The notes under the pieces were generated by a model. That model did no database searches, was not told where the DNA came from, and saw only the letters and a list, made by a program, of their open reading frames with translations. From Orbicella franksi (lineage: Eukaryota): a stretch of DNA of 64,000 nucleotides. The position numbers and the translations under genes are program-made. The stretch is from the NCBI GenBank assembly GCA_964199315.1, contig OZ116699.1, positions 18,910,001-18,974,000 of the forward strand, read 5' to 3'. Each line of letters begins with the position of its first letter. The first letter of the stretch is position 1. Shown here in pieces: positions 34,943-47,000 of this stretch.

Positions 34943-37900
34943 CTGTTAAAGGATATATCAATGTTAATGCTTTGATAATACCATTCAGTCAAATAAATGG
35001 TCGTTCTGCGTTAAATCACTGAAACTCTGCTACGTGGTAAGATGCGTTCACATGCCAAGGGGCCCAGAGAGCTGCAGCTACCATTTTGGGGGCGCGGAAG
35101 CGTATTGTACTCTCCTTGGGTGTGACGTCCCAAATAAATTTGGCGGCCCATTTAAACAACTGCAGGTGTAGTCTTGGAGCAGAAGGCCCCTATTTCCTTT
35201 GCTTAAAGTGTAAAGCAAAAGAAATAGGAGCCGTCTACACACAGGTTTCTGCAGGTGGAGAAACAAAACGAGGACAGTGACATGTAAAGTGGCTCGCACA
35301 ACGTAAATTCTTGTCAGTAGAGTTTGATGCATTGACGATTAGAACACTGCACCTCCCAGAAAGGACGTATCGTGATCACGCAATTTTCTTCGTAAACCAA
35401 ACTTAAAAATAGCAGTTTATTTAGAAATTAAAAAGATAAAACATTTATAGAATATATGTGGTTAATCCTGTCTTAAATATCTGCAAAAGAATAAAACATT
35501 TCGCTCCTAGGCAGTATGATGGATTTGCGATCATTTTGACCGCTCTTCTCAGCGATATTACAATTGCTGTTTGATACGGCGATGATTCTGGGTATTCATT
35601 TGTATGTCTTATCATAACAGGACAAGTTCAATTGCTAGACGGCAACAGCGCAGCATTGTACTGCAACAGGCTCCACTCCAAGAAAGATGCGACCGCCACA
35701 AAACAGGGCAAATAATAGTCAAACTCGAGCCTTGACTGAGCTGTGTGTCGGACATCACTTAGTATTTTCAAAAGTAGTATGTTGGAATTTGTGTATTTGT
35801 TTTTCTTTCAGTAACCATGGCTACATCAAAGAATAGCATAACCCGCCAAAAGAGCCGTTGATTTGTCTACTGACAGCTAAAAGCTGGTAGTTTTGCGAAA
35901 ATAATTTTTCAATTCCTTTGGCCAACCAGCCAGAATTCCATCACTCTGTTAAAAATGCGCGTTACTAGTTACAGGCGACAAATGCTGCTATTAATGCTGA
36001 TTCAAAATTGTGTTATTTCCTTTAGCAAACTATCACGCATGGTAAACACCTCCCACGCTTAAAAGTAAAAGGAAATCGGCATCATAAGAGACATTAAAAA
36101 GATTAACTCAGTGTACAGCGGAGATTTTGCGGTACCTAAATTGAGCCGTTTGAACTTTCCGGGCGGTGCTTTCTGCCTATTGTGTAGAACTGTTGGCTTG
36201 TTTGAATGCACTGGTTTTATCTCCCGTTAAGGTTGCCCCAACTTCACGCTGTTTATGTGGGCAAACGGGCGTGATTTCAAACTGATTTCGTCTGTGTCGT
36301 GTTGTGTTTGTGTATTTCGGAGCACGAATTCGGTGTTCAGACTTACAGGCCCGGACAGGTAGATGAAAATAATTCCTCCTTCTCAAAGATGATTTTCAAT
36401 GCTTCGTAATTCTGAGCCAAGAAACTGCAAAAAGAATGTCTGTGTAATCACGTTATGGTTAGAATGGCGGCAGAATCTATCTACCTACCTGTCCTGGGCC
36501 TCTGGTGAATTACTAGTGAAGGCGAATAAATCATAAAATTTCAGTTTAAGATACAATGATAACAAGTATAAAAGCTGACCAAGTTCAAACATGAGGCTGC
36601 TGTTGAGAAAAAAACTTGAAATGCTTTAATTTGCAAAAGACAGTGTAGGAATTTGTCAGCAGTACGAAGATTTTTTAGATTTCTTTTTCAGTTACTAATG
36701 ATTCTCAGAGTGAAACCTCTGTGCTTTAGGTAAATCGGTAAATGTCGGCTTTAGAACATGTTGGAATTAGGGTTGGACAATTGGTTCACTAGTTCATTCA
36801 ACCTTAACACTCGCTACTACATTTGCTTTTATGCTTGTTATTCTAAGATGGTGACGATATTTTCCAGGCGATCTCGCTGCTTCTAACTGCCGTCATTGCT
36901 TTAATTTAATGTCGTAATTTCTTTCACGAAGGTCTCAAAACTGCCTATTTTCCGCTTAAGTTTCAACAAATTAACTCTTGCAAGAGTCGTATTAATTAAA
37001 TGCTGGCTCCATTTTCTGCGAAAAGTACTTTACAGACGCGACCCTAATTACATTTTCAATAGATCCTTCAATTACTTTAAAATAAATCGGGGCGTCGTCA
37101 TGTGGAAAATGAGTTGGTGAAAAATGTCACGTTGACGACAAATTGCGGGGCAGGGGTTACCTCGGCCTAATTACTTTCTTCGGGACAAAACGTTGCTTTG
37201 CGAACGTTCACCTCACGTGCGTCATAAGGCTTCATTTATGGCAGAAAGAGAGGAACCGGTAAAGGTGTTGGAGAGACGGCATTCCCCAAATTAACGTGCA
37301 CACATTACATAGGCGTACACCATCCCGACATGCATGGCATTCCTTTTGCATTCGTCACAGTGAAAGCGACTTACGTCCGCAACTACTAGTTTACAGGCTT
37401 CTAAACAGTCTTGAGTCCGCTCAAAAGTTCGAACGTCAGTCTATCATCGAAAGACTGTCTGACACTAGCTGAAGTAAGTCCTACAAAGAAGAGCAATTTA
37501 ACAAATGAAGTGGCTACGCGCGGCCGCCAACGCAATACCGAACTACGGTAGTTTAGAACTTGGAGTAATTTTCACGTTTTGAAAGACTTGGACTTGCGCA
37601 TGGAGGAAGGAAACTATGGTGGGAAATACTACCGATGAATCTTGTTTCCTTCGATTTAAATCACTTTTTAATCCAAAACAACTTATAAATGAAAAGGTTG
37701 TCACAGTTTTTCTCGAGAGTAGCTACGTCGGTGCGTAAGTAAGAATCGACTGAGTTGTCATGAATGAAAATGCAGTTCAGTCCTTGAGCTGACTTACATC
37801 AGAGTTGACAAAGACACCTTCTCTTTGAGGGGTGATTCTTTTGTTTTTGCTCACGATGTGACAGTGTTTTCAAAACATAAAACGAAAATAGATTTAATCA

Positions 37901-38085
37901 CATAATTAGAATAGCCATTATAGGGAAGTTCCGGTTCCAAAAACGTCCTGAACAAACATGACATTAAGAACTCTTGCCAACAATTACTGAGTCGATATTC
38001 TCATTGGATCGTTTGTTGAAAGCCTAGTGCGAAGAAAAATGTGTGATTTTTGCATTTTAGATCCTAAGAAAGGTTTCAAACTTAC

Positions 38086-38189
38086 CCTCCCTCTCAGCCT
38101 TCCTCTCTTGTCCACACAGAGATAATAGTTAGTCGCTGAGCCGCGGATGCGAACTCGCCCAAAACTTACTGATTCGATCACCAACTTTG
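38086..38189 (-). CDS. FGF8/17/18: FGF gene A, coding exon 4 (104 bp)
   Basis: TTTTATTACAG|CA and AGG|GTAAGT. Encodes (A)KLVIESVSFGRVRIRGSATNYYLCVDKRGRLRGR, compared with FGF8 [36 protein letters not shown]. Phases 1 to 0. Confidence 0.95.
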
Positions 38190-40194
38190 CTGTAATAAAA
38201 CAAATGAATAGGATCAGAACGCGCTGGCAAAAACCACGTTTGTTCATAGGCCTGCTGCGAATGAATCTGTCACTCATGTTTTATCGCCTCTTCAAGTTTT
38301 GTTAGTGCGGCTACTTTACACGCACAACTTAAGGGAGACCTGCTTTCAAAATTGACGATATATTATATAAATATTATACAAATAGGAGATACATTTCTGC
38401 TCTGTCCAAGAAATCAGAGCATAAATCAATGGTGATAATGGTGCATATTAAAGCAGTTTCCGTATGTTACAGGAAATATGTGGGCTTTCATTAAACAAAG
38501 ACGGAGCTTCTCCGAAAATCACTGTCTGTAATAACGAGTCGAGTTCTCGTCAGCATAAACGCAAGCATGGTTATATCAGTGAACAAAACTCAACTACTCT
38601 GAAGTAGCTTTATTCCTAGTCAGCGGGTGTGTTGACCCGTGTGTTGAAAAGAAGTAGACATGGACTTGTCGATGTTGAAACACGTAGATTTTACACAGTG
38701 AGACGCTGTTACCCCAACATTTAAAAACAGGATAACATCGACTTCCAGTGTTACAGAGCTCGCACCAAGCACGCAGCCAGCTGCAGGTTTCTGTGGTTTC
38801 GCCCCCTTGTCCCACAACAAAACAAAATCAATAAAAGCGGTCTCAAAAATGGCAGCTACGCAAATCCGCTCCGTCAAGTTTTTCTTTGTTGTTTACTTTA
38901 TCGATGAAAGGTTGGAATTAGAATGTTACAGTCGATAAATTCGCGACTTTTGAATGTGTTCAAATGTTGTCGTGTATCTGGGTAAAGGGGTCAATTTTGT
39001 GCCGAGGCAAAACTTCTATATTTGTTTTAATTACTTGTCGGCGCAGACACAAGTTTGCTTCATGCAGTGAAGATAACTATAAAACAGCCTCGTGTGGAGT
39101 AGCTCTTTGTTGCCTGTCCCGAAATCTCTTTCATGCAATTAACGCAAAGAGGATTAAGTATTTGAAAACGGGTTCTCGAAAGGTAACAATGAACCAACCG
39201 CAGCGAGGCGTAAGTCTGTTAACTAAAGACTCATTCTAAAGAGGTCGATTAACCACCTCATTTCCAATAAGCTAGACACACGGAGAGAAACTTCCTTTGC
39301 AAACTGTCCGGCACCGTCATTGAAAAATTCTTTGAATCCTTCTGCTTTCAGATTTGTGTAAACAGAGCACCCATAGGTTGACAATCAAATAATGTCTCGT
39401 CAAACAATATTGGAACCCTTGAATTTTTTAGCAGGTACTGTCGAAAGGGGTTACTTACTCACAGGCAGGTCAATGAACATACACAGTTACTTTGTTTGAA
39501 GCGAGCACGAATACTCCTAAGAAAATAAAAGTTTGCTAGAGTTTAAAAATATCCAATTCTTAATTTGTGCTTCCTTTCAAAGAACCTGCCTTCGTTCTAA
39601 TAATAGCAACAATTAACCTTGTACGTATGCGATAACTTGAATTACAGAAAAGAATGCGAAAAATTTCGCCGTTTTCCGAAACCATGGACAAACAGTCGTT
39701 TGCTGTGATTTTCGCAGCGTTCACTCACGTAAACCTAACCTCAAATTAAGAAAGAAAGGGAGAACAAAACATTCTTGTGGTCGAACTAAACAAAAAGGAA
39801 AACCATTTAACTGTCTTTGCGATGAGTTCACGCTCATGGCAAACAGAAAAAAAGCTAAATCAACTAACTTGGAATATCACAAAGAAGACAAATTATGCTA
39901 AAAACTACTTAGCGAAAGGAAATTAACGTTAATTTCGAACAATGCTTTGCAAAACAAATCAAGCGAAAAAAACTGATTAGACCTTTTCACGCAGAGGAAA
40001 AGGAGCTCAGTGTACTGCAAGCGATTTGGGAAGCGTGTGACTGCCGTAAAAAGCTGTCAAGTTTCCGAACAGAAGATTAAGACACCGTTTTTACAATAAG
40101 CATAAGGAAAGGCGACAGATAAGTAATAAACTCCAGTGTAAACAAGTTTTTACAATATAATTACACAATAACATAGCAGTTTTCGAACTGGTAC

Positions 40195-40372
40195 CGTATT
40201 TATCTCCGTCTTCACCGATGGCGTCTACGCTTCTGTCTGCCTTGATCCTAACATGGCGGCCACTATTTCTCGAATACAACTGAATGAATCTGCGGAAAGG
40301 TAAACTTTTTGTGTCGCTTTTCATCTTCTGGTCCTTGTAAAAGTAGTCGAATACTCTCTTTTCTTCCGGTTT
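40195..40372 (-). CDS. FGF8/17/18: FGF gene A, coding exon 3 (178 bp)
   Basis: CTTCCCAG|AAA and TACG|GTACC. Encodes KPEEKRVFDYFYKDQKMKSDTKSLPFRRFIQLYSRNSGRHVRIKADRSVDAIGEDGDKY, with the FGF8-type QLYSR.SG.HV motif. Confidence 0.92.
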
Positions 40373-40481
40373 CTGGGAAGACGAAAGAAGAAGGAACGAT
40401 ATACTTAATAAGTTTGAAAATACGTGAGAGAAAATGCAAATGCATCTAAAATTTTTTATTAGTTTCCTTTACCTGGCTTAC

Positions 40482-40530
40482 CTGATGATTAAAACTGCTT
40501 TCCTGAGCGAGACCATCTGGCAATAACAAG
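40482..40530 (-). CDS. FGF8/17/18: FGF gene A, coding exon 2 (49 bp; alternative in-frame donor would extend it to 40473)
   Basis: TTTCTTGTTTCAG|C and CAG|GTAAGC. Encodes (H)LLLPDGLAQESSFNHQ; phases 2 to 0 join exons 1 and 3 without stops. Confidence 0.85.
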
Positions 40531-40765
40531 CTGAAACAAGAAACATGACGTCAATAAAGGATTTGCTAGATTGTTAAAGTACAGCAACCGCTGTTTATTA
40601 CTTAACCAAGTGAAAAATTGTTGATGCTACTTCAGGAAGGCGCCATTATTCATTTGACTAGGCGCTAAATTCTAATCTTAATCGATCTCGTCTTCAAAGG
40701 AAGCTTAAAATCGCTCTTCTTTTCAAAGCCTTGAAGTGCTACAACAACCAGCTGTGAATACTTAC

Positions 40766-40815
40766 TGAAGCGCGAGGAGAGTTAACGCTCGCAGGAGATT
40801 CAACCCGAAAGCCAT
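40766..40815 (-). CDS. FGF8/17/18: FGF gene A, coding exon 1 (signal peptide start)
   Basis: ATG at 40815; MAFGLNLLRALTLLAL plus CA|GTAAGT (phase 2). The assembled CDS is 831 bp = 276 aa plus stop. Confidence 0.85.
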
Positions 40816-41040
40816 ACTGCACTGAACTGAATGGCAGTGGCGTGCCGCGGAGAACCCTTTTATCATGATGCGTCACGATCACACACCCGTTACGTATACC
40901 GGTGAATTGCGCGCCTTTGGTACGGTGGGAAATCAGCGAGATTGGCCGCAAAGAACAATTAGGAAGTGTTAACGGAAATGTACGACAAGTGTAACCCACT
41001 CCTTCTCAGCGAAGGAAGGAACCGAGCCAGTGGTCTATCT
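40816..41040 (-). promoter_or_regulatory. Probable proximal promoter/5'UTR of FGF gene A
   Basis: CpG-rich; on the minus strand a CCAAT box (near 40943), an ETS-type ACTTCCT (40961-40967) and Inr-like TCAGTT near the ATG. Confidence 0.35.
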
Positions 41041-44000
41041 AGGACGATTCAAAAAAACAAAACGAAGTCAGATTGCACATGTATAAACGACGGAGACACA
41101 AATCTTGCCCATTAATAAGGTGTGCCCCTGTACTTGCTAAGAACAATTAACTGTAAATGTAATTAAGATGCTTATCAAATCTTCTATCGTCGGCCGCTGG
41201 GTTTGACCTTTCTAGGTGTCAATCTAAGCTTTTTACGCCTTAATTAAATTTTAAATGTTGAATTGTTATGCACTGCGGTCGAGAGAGGCTCGATGACATG
41301 GGTATTAGACGCAAGTCTCTTGTGCCAGCGATTTGCGGACCACAGCGATCAAAGGGACGCGGGTGTTAAAACGCGAGTTCAGAGTAAATTCTTTCAAGCC
41401 CATTAGAGGCAGCAGCGGCGACATGAAGGGCTCGTGTGGATAACCTATCGATTAAGTCTCGTCTGTTATTGGGCTAAAAGAACAATATGTCAATAAAAGT
41501 CCCTGAAAGCGGCCGACTTATTTCAGTTAACAACTTGAAAAAAGAAGCGGATGTTTGGAAGATTAGATGACCGAGCGATATCAAAAGATTTTTCTTAGCT
41601 TGATTATTCAGCTATTTAGAGTTTGCGAGTTTGTTTTTCCTGCAGGCAACAAAAGCTACAAAGCTGTTATTTCATTCATTGCCTGCCACTTTTGTCGTAC
41701 AGTTTTAGATTTTGACGGATTTAGGTCGATTAACATTTGTAACAAAACAATTTAAAAGCGTGAAATGCAGTTAACCTGCCACTAAAGTGAAATACGAGAT
41801 GGAGGATTATGTACAGTGAGATAATGGTTAGAGTAAATTAAAGCAGATAATAAAATGTCCAAATTATTGGCTAATATACAATGTGAACCAAACAAGTTAC
41901 AGAATCCCACATCATTGCTGTGTTACAGCTCATTAAACTGTGTAAACAAAAAGCCAAAGAAAACCAATATCCTCTTTTTTGTCTTATCGAAAAGTGCTAT
42001 CATCTATGCGCGCGTGTCGCGGCCAACATTCCGTAAGAGGAAAAATTAGCCCTGAATTTTCCTTTGAACGTTCTTGAATAAGCTTGGTTAATATGACAGT
42101 TTACATTCCTTTCAGTGACTAGAAATGATATCTCGGAAAGCGCACCTATGAGGGCCTCCGGGCGGCTTCTCTTACTGAAATCTAAAAAGGTGACAATCTG
42201 CACTTCCTTCCAGCCTCTCGGAGTGCTACCTATAGCCGAAAAATCTCAAACCTGTACAAAATACCTCGAAGAATTTCCCTTCGGCAAACATGCATCTTAA
42301 GGGTTGTTTGTCAGTTTCTTTGCAGTGGCTCTCGCCGCAGAAGGCTGCGACGTAAACTAAAGGAAATCGCCTCGCAGCAGTGACGTCACCGGGCTTCTAA
42401 GGTCGACTTTGGCCATGTGGACGATGTCCATAATTGATTTGCTAAGATTATAATCTGTATGTCTTTATTACTGTAATAAGGTGGGATGATTGCTGAGTTT
42501 ATTGCACTCAATTTAGATGGTTTGCCTTACGTGAAACAAACGATGTTGTAGAGTTTTGTTGCCGATTGGAGAGTAACACAGAACACGAATTAATTGGATA
42601 TTGAGAGGTTTAATTTTATCTTCAAGTCAGTATAATAAAAGTACAGGGCGTGAACACTTATCTGACACAGGGAAATTTTAAATTTGGGCCTGTCTTGATT
42701 TCTCAGTGCTTATCACCGAGAAATGCCTTTGCAAATTATCCGGGTGTAGAACCTTTATCTTGTGCCGTTAAAAGTGAGAATTTACAGAGCTTGTCTCCTC
42801 CTGCAGTTTCACTGGCTCCTAAAGTCTTCTTCCACATACAATCTTGGCACCGGATTATCCGGGAGACGGTAAATCAATTGAAAAAGTATAGTTTTTCGAG
42901 AGATCGTGGTCTAATAGGATATCGCAAGGTATTAATGACAAAGTGGGGGAAGGGAGGGGTGGTGTCTTGACAAGGGAACCCGTAGTTAACCTGCTTACGA
43001 AAGAAAATCCTTTTGACGAAATATTTATTACCCCGTTGAAAGTGTTCTTTGTAGCTTGAGCTACTTTGGGGAAGCGCAAAATGTTAAGTAGTTACAACGT
43101 TTAAGTCATAATATAATACTGACAAGGACAGCTCCAAGGTACTGTATCCTCCTCCCCCTCTCCCCCATTCACTGAGCGATACCTGTTATGATGCTAATGT
43201 AATTTGCAACATTGCAACTCTCTTCCGATCTCTCTATACGTGTTGATGTTCGTTAAACGGAACTTCGTTTTCTCTTTTTCGTATCTCGGATGATTCCAGA
43301 CAATTTAGTTCGTCAAAGAGAAGGCGCATTTTTCAGATTTCCGCTCTGGTCACCCAGCTATCACCGATAACCGCGTATCGATATCTTCGCGCACAGGAGA
43401 TTTCCGAAAGGGTAATAGGCCAACTCGTCGAAGGATACAACAGATTTGCTAAGGCCATCATAAACTATCACCTGTTATCTCAACTTCTCCCAAGGAGCTT
43501 CGAGAAATTGCAGACTTTCTTCTTAGAATGCTCTGAATATTTTGTCCTCTGGTGGACACTCGATACGATGGCGGGATTATAATCCATTTTACACACAGTT
43601 TTATTTCACAGCATGGGCCCATTTTCCTTCTTGGAGGGTCATTTAAGGATTTTTGTGAAAGAGAAAACTGCTTCTTCGGCAGACTCGAGGCGCCAAGTTT
43701 GAGCTGTGACGTATATTGTTACGTGGGAATTCGTTTCGTGAAAAACAGAAAACTAATTCCAAGGTGTCTCTTTATGAAAGATCCACACCACATACTTTTG
43801 TGACTCTGAATTTAATATTTCAATATAGCAAAGAAAAGCTGGCAAGAGTATTGCCATTGAACGATATTTGAAATCCTTTTATCGGTTTTATTTTAAGAAG
43901 TTTTACGTTTTAGAGTAATACTTACTAAGCTTGGTCTTTTGTAACCAACATTCACCCGTTAGACTCATCTAAATCTCAAGAGCTGAATTAGTAATAGACC

Positions 44001-47000
44001 TGTGTGTCATACTTAACGTCCCATGCGTCCTGGTCGACTTTCAAAGTTTCCTTCTTTCAAAATCACGAACGAGATAGTTTTAACGATAGCAACATTGTGG
44101 GGGCGTGCAGTGTTCTCGACTTGAAAGTGTCTTAATGATGACCAAATCATAATACGCTGATAATGAAGATTATAACAGCTAGACACGACTAAATCTGATA
44201 AAATAGCTGTCGCAATAGAGTAGTGGATAACTCCATTCTGAAGCTTCTTTTGCATCGATAAAGAACCAAAACACAAGAATTGTGTTGTCTATGACTGCCT
44301 GTCACGGCTGTGCGTGGAAGGATTTGGGGTTTGCCAATCTTTGGAATGTTTATTTTCGAAATCTGTGCTGGGATCTTCCTGGATTCTGGGTCTCTCTGAA
44401 GCTCTCCTCGTTGACACATTCAACCACAAACAGGTTCCCAGAAATACTCAGACCCGTACGCCTTGTTTGTGAGAACAAGATCTTATCATTTTATAACCTG
44501 AAGCCAATAACTCTTTCATGAGGAAAGATAAATCTTGAAACTGGAGGAATGTTTTAGTACCCTTATTTCTTAATACAACTTCCAACGAAACAAGCTTAAA
44601 ACATTGCCGTCCGTCTTTTTTGGGGGAAAGAAGATCTTTTCATTCATTGGAATTCATAGCCATTAAGCCAACAATGCGGAATTTTATGTCAGCAAAACTA
44701 TTCATCAGGTGAGACGCAGATGTTTACACTGGAGCCACAATTCTAAAGACCTGTCGATCGCATTTAGTACAAATTGGCCAAGATAAGGAACATAAAACTA
44801 CCCTGGAGGAATTCCCATGCGAAAAAGGCGTGGTCATAGACTTTCACCATTGCTCAGGGGCAGTGTTTTTATTGGAAAGTGGCCAAAGCTCAGTCAGAAC
44901 AATGGATTTCTGATGATTCTTTTCCTGTCATTTCTAATTACGAATTCCTGAAGACAAAATTATTGACGGTCATATGAGGTTAAATCCTTCCTTTGGTAAA
45001 TTTGGAAGACCTCCACTTCACCTATAACTGATGTTTTAATCGTTTTCACTTGTTTCTGTGTTTATTTCAGATAATAAAAATAATTCTTGAGATGCGCGCG
45101 GTTAAATCCAACTCAGACGATCCGTACTAAATTGCCAAAGGTCTCAAAGCATCAACAGACAGTCGGCCATGAGCGATCGATTTCTTAGATACTAACTCAC
45201 TTGAGAGCATTAAAACATTTGAAAAATGTTTACTTTTCATTTTCCCTGTACCAAACAGATTAAGCCCTTGACCGTCGATATGGGGCACTTGTTCTTAGAA
45301 TCATTTCTTCCTGCCAATATGAATTTCATGGATTTTTGTCATGAATTTGCACCATTAGACATGGCCACCAAGTTGCACCATACAATGCGTATTTTCGCCT
45401 CCCTTATTGGAATTTCATCAGTGAGTTTCGAATGAATATATCAGAGAGCAACAACTTGAAAAGCGTTCAACATAGCTCAATTTCTGGCCTCTTAGACAAC
45501 TTGGCTCTAGAAACACACACGTACTTGAATTTTAGAGGATTAGCTTTTCTCCTGTGTGAAAACTAAAAAAACACAGCGGCGGTATCGGCGTAATTTTATT
45601 TAGCCCGCGCAGTTAGCGCTGCACGCGTGTTACGGACCATTATCACAGTAATTTCCTTCCACTATAGCAAACATATTCAGCATGCTATTTGAAGTAAAAC
45701 TAATATTTCCAATTTCCTATTGAACCTGCAAATAGATTTTCGGCTTCGACTGTTTTCCTTTAAACTTCGTGCCGTCACGTTTTTTGCCGAAGACCTTTGC
45801 TTTGCGGTAAGTCAGGGAATGCCGTCATAAGCCGGCCGCGCGGCTGTGTGCTAAACACAGATGAAATGTTACTATTCTTAAATCAAGTTCCTATTCCTCT
45901 AATAGAGTTAATGGAACGGTTCCTTCCGATGTGATTCAATGAACTGCTAACAGTTCCTATTTTGATACAATTTGGCCGGTTAGCGCATTCATCGAATTGA
46001 CAAATATGGCCTGGCCAATTTCTAGGCTCTCATCTAGCCCATAGGGCATATTGAACAATGATTCATTGTGTCACTGAAGCAGGTAATGAACTCACAGTCA
46101 GCGATGTGACAGAATAGTTCAAGAGATTCTATCCACTCACATCACTATATTTCGCTTACAGCCGAAGGAGTAGTACATATCAGACGATGTCGGTCGGTTT
46201 ATAGCGATTGTTTCCCTGACTTAAAGACCAGCCTTCTTTCCCGAACTGGTCAAGTTTTTCAAATTAAGGACCTTTAGATCTTTCATTTATTTACGAGCAA
46301 CCATGATTTACATAGAATCGATATATCGATATATTGGTTTTGTACCTAAGGCTCAATAAACTGGTCGACTGTCGATTTATGTGGTTGAATTTAGGCGTTA
46401 AATCATTTCGTGAGGTCAGTGTCAGAACTCATTAATCCAGCCACTAAAGTCTGTAGAAGCATGAACCTGAATATCTTTCAGTAATAAATAAAGTTCTCCA
46501 CGTAGCGATCTCTCTCTATGGAAAAAGGGTATGATTACGGACATTCACTGATAAATTCAGTGATGGAGTATATCTGAAATAGTATTGTAATATTGTGCTT
46601 CTTGTTTATAAGTTTGTACGTTATGTAACGATCCCCTTTATTTACGGTCTGCACGCGCGTTCCTCACAGTGCCAGATAGAGAATATATTTTACTTATCGG
46701 GACAACTTAAACTCAGTATGCCTTTTGATACTCGAGAGGAGAAACTCCCTGCAGAAGCTTTTGATCACTTTTTAAAATTCTGAATTTACGTTGTTATCTG
46801 TACGTACCGGTGCCTAAATTATACAACACATAGCTTACAATTGCCATCGTTTTTACATAGCAATGAAATGAGTCTTCTACTGACAAAACAACCTTTTGCG
46901 AAAACACCTTGTCTCACAATGATTTGAAATTTGTAAGCTTCTACTGTTTTTTTTTTTTTTGTTGTTTTTTTTTGCTATTATTGTCGTTTGAAATGTTTTA

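Noticed and set aside
37984-40324. ORF-track start codons and extensions for FGF exons (also 54490, 56018, 58433)
   Set aside because: These ORFs read into introns; FGF similarity stops exactly at GT/AG sites, so spliced models were used.
45380-45435. Hammerhead ribozyme core on the minus strand (CTGATGA..GAAA); similar CTGATGA hits at 7054, 20417, 25105, 55434
   Set aside because: Stem II lacks the required closing pair or the GAAA is misplaced, and stems I/III cannot be formed.
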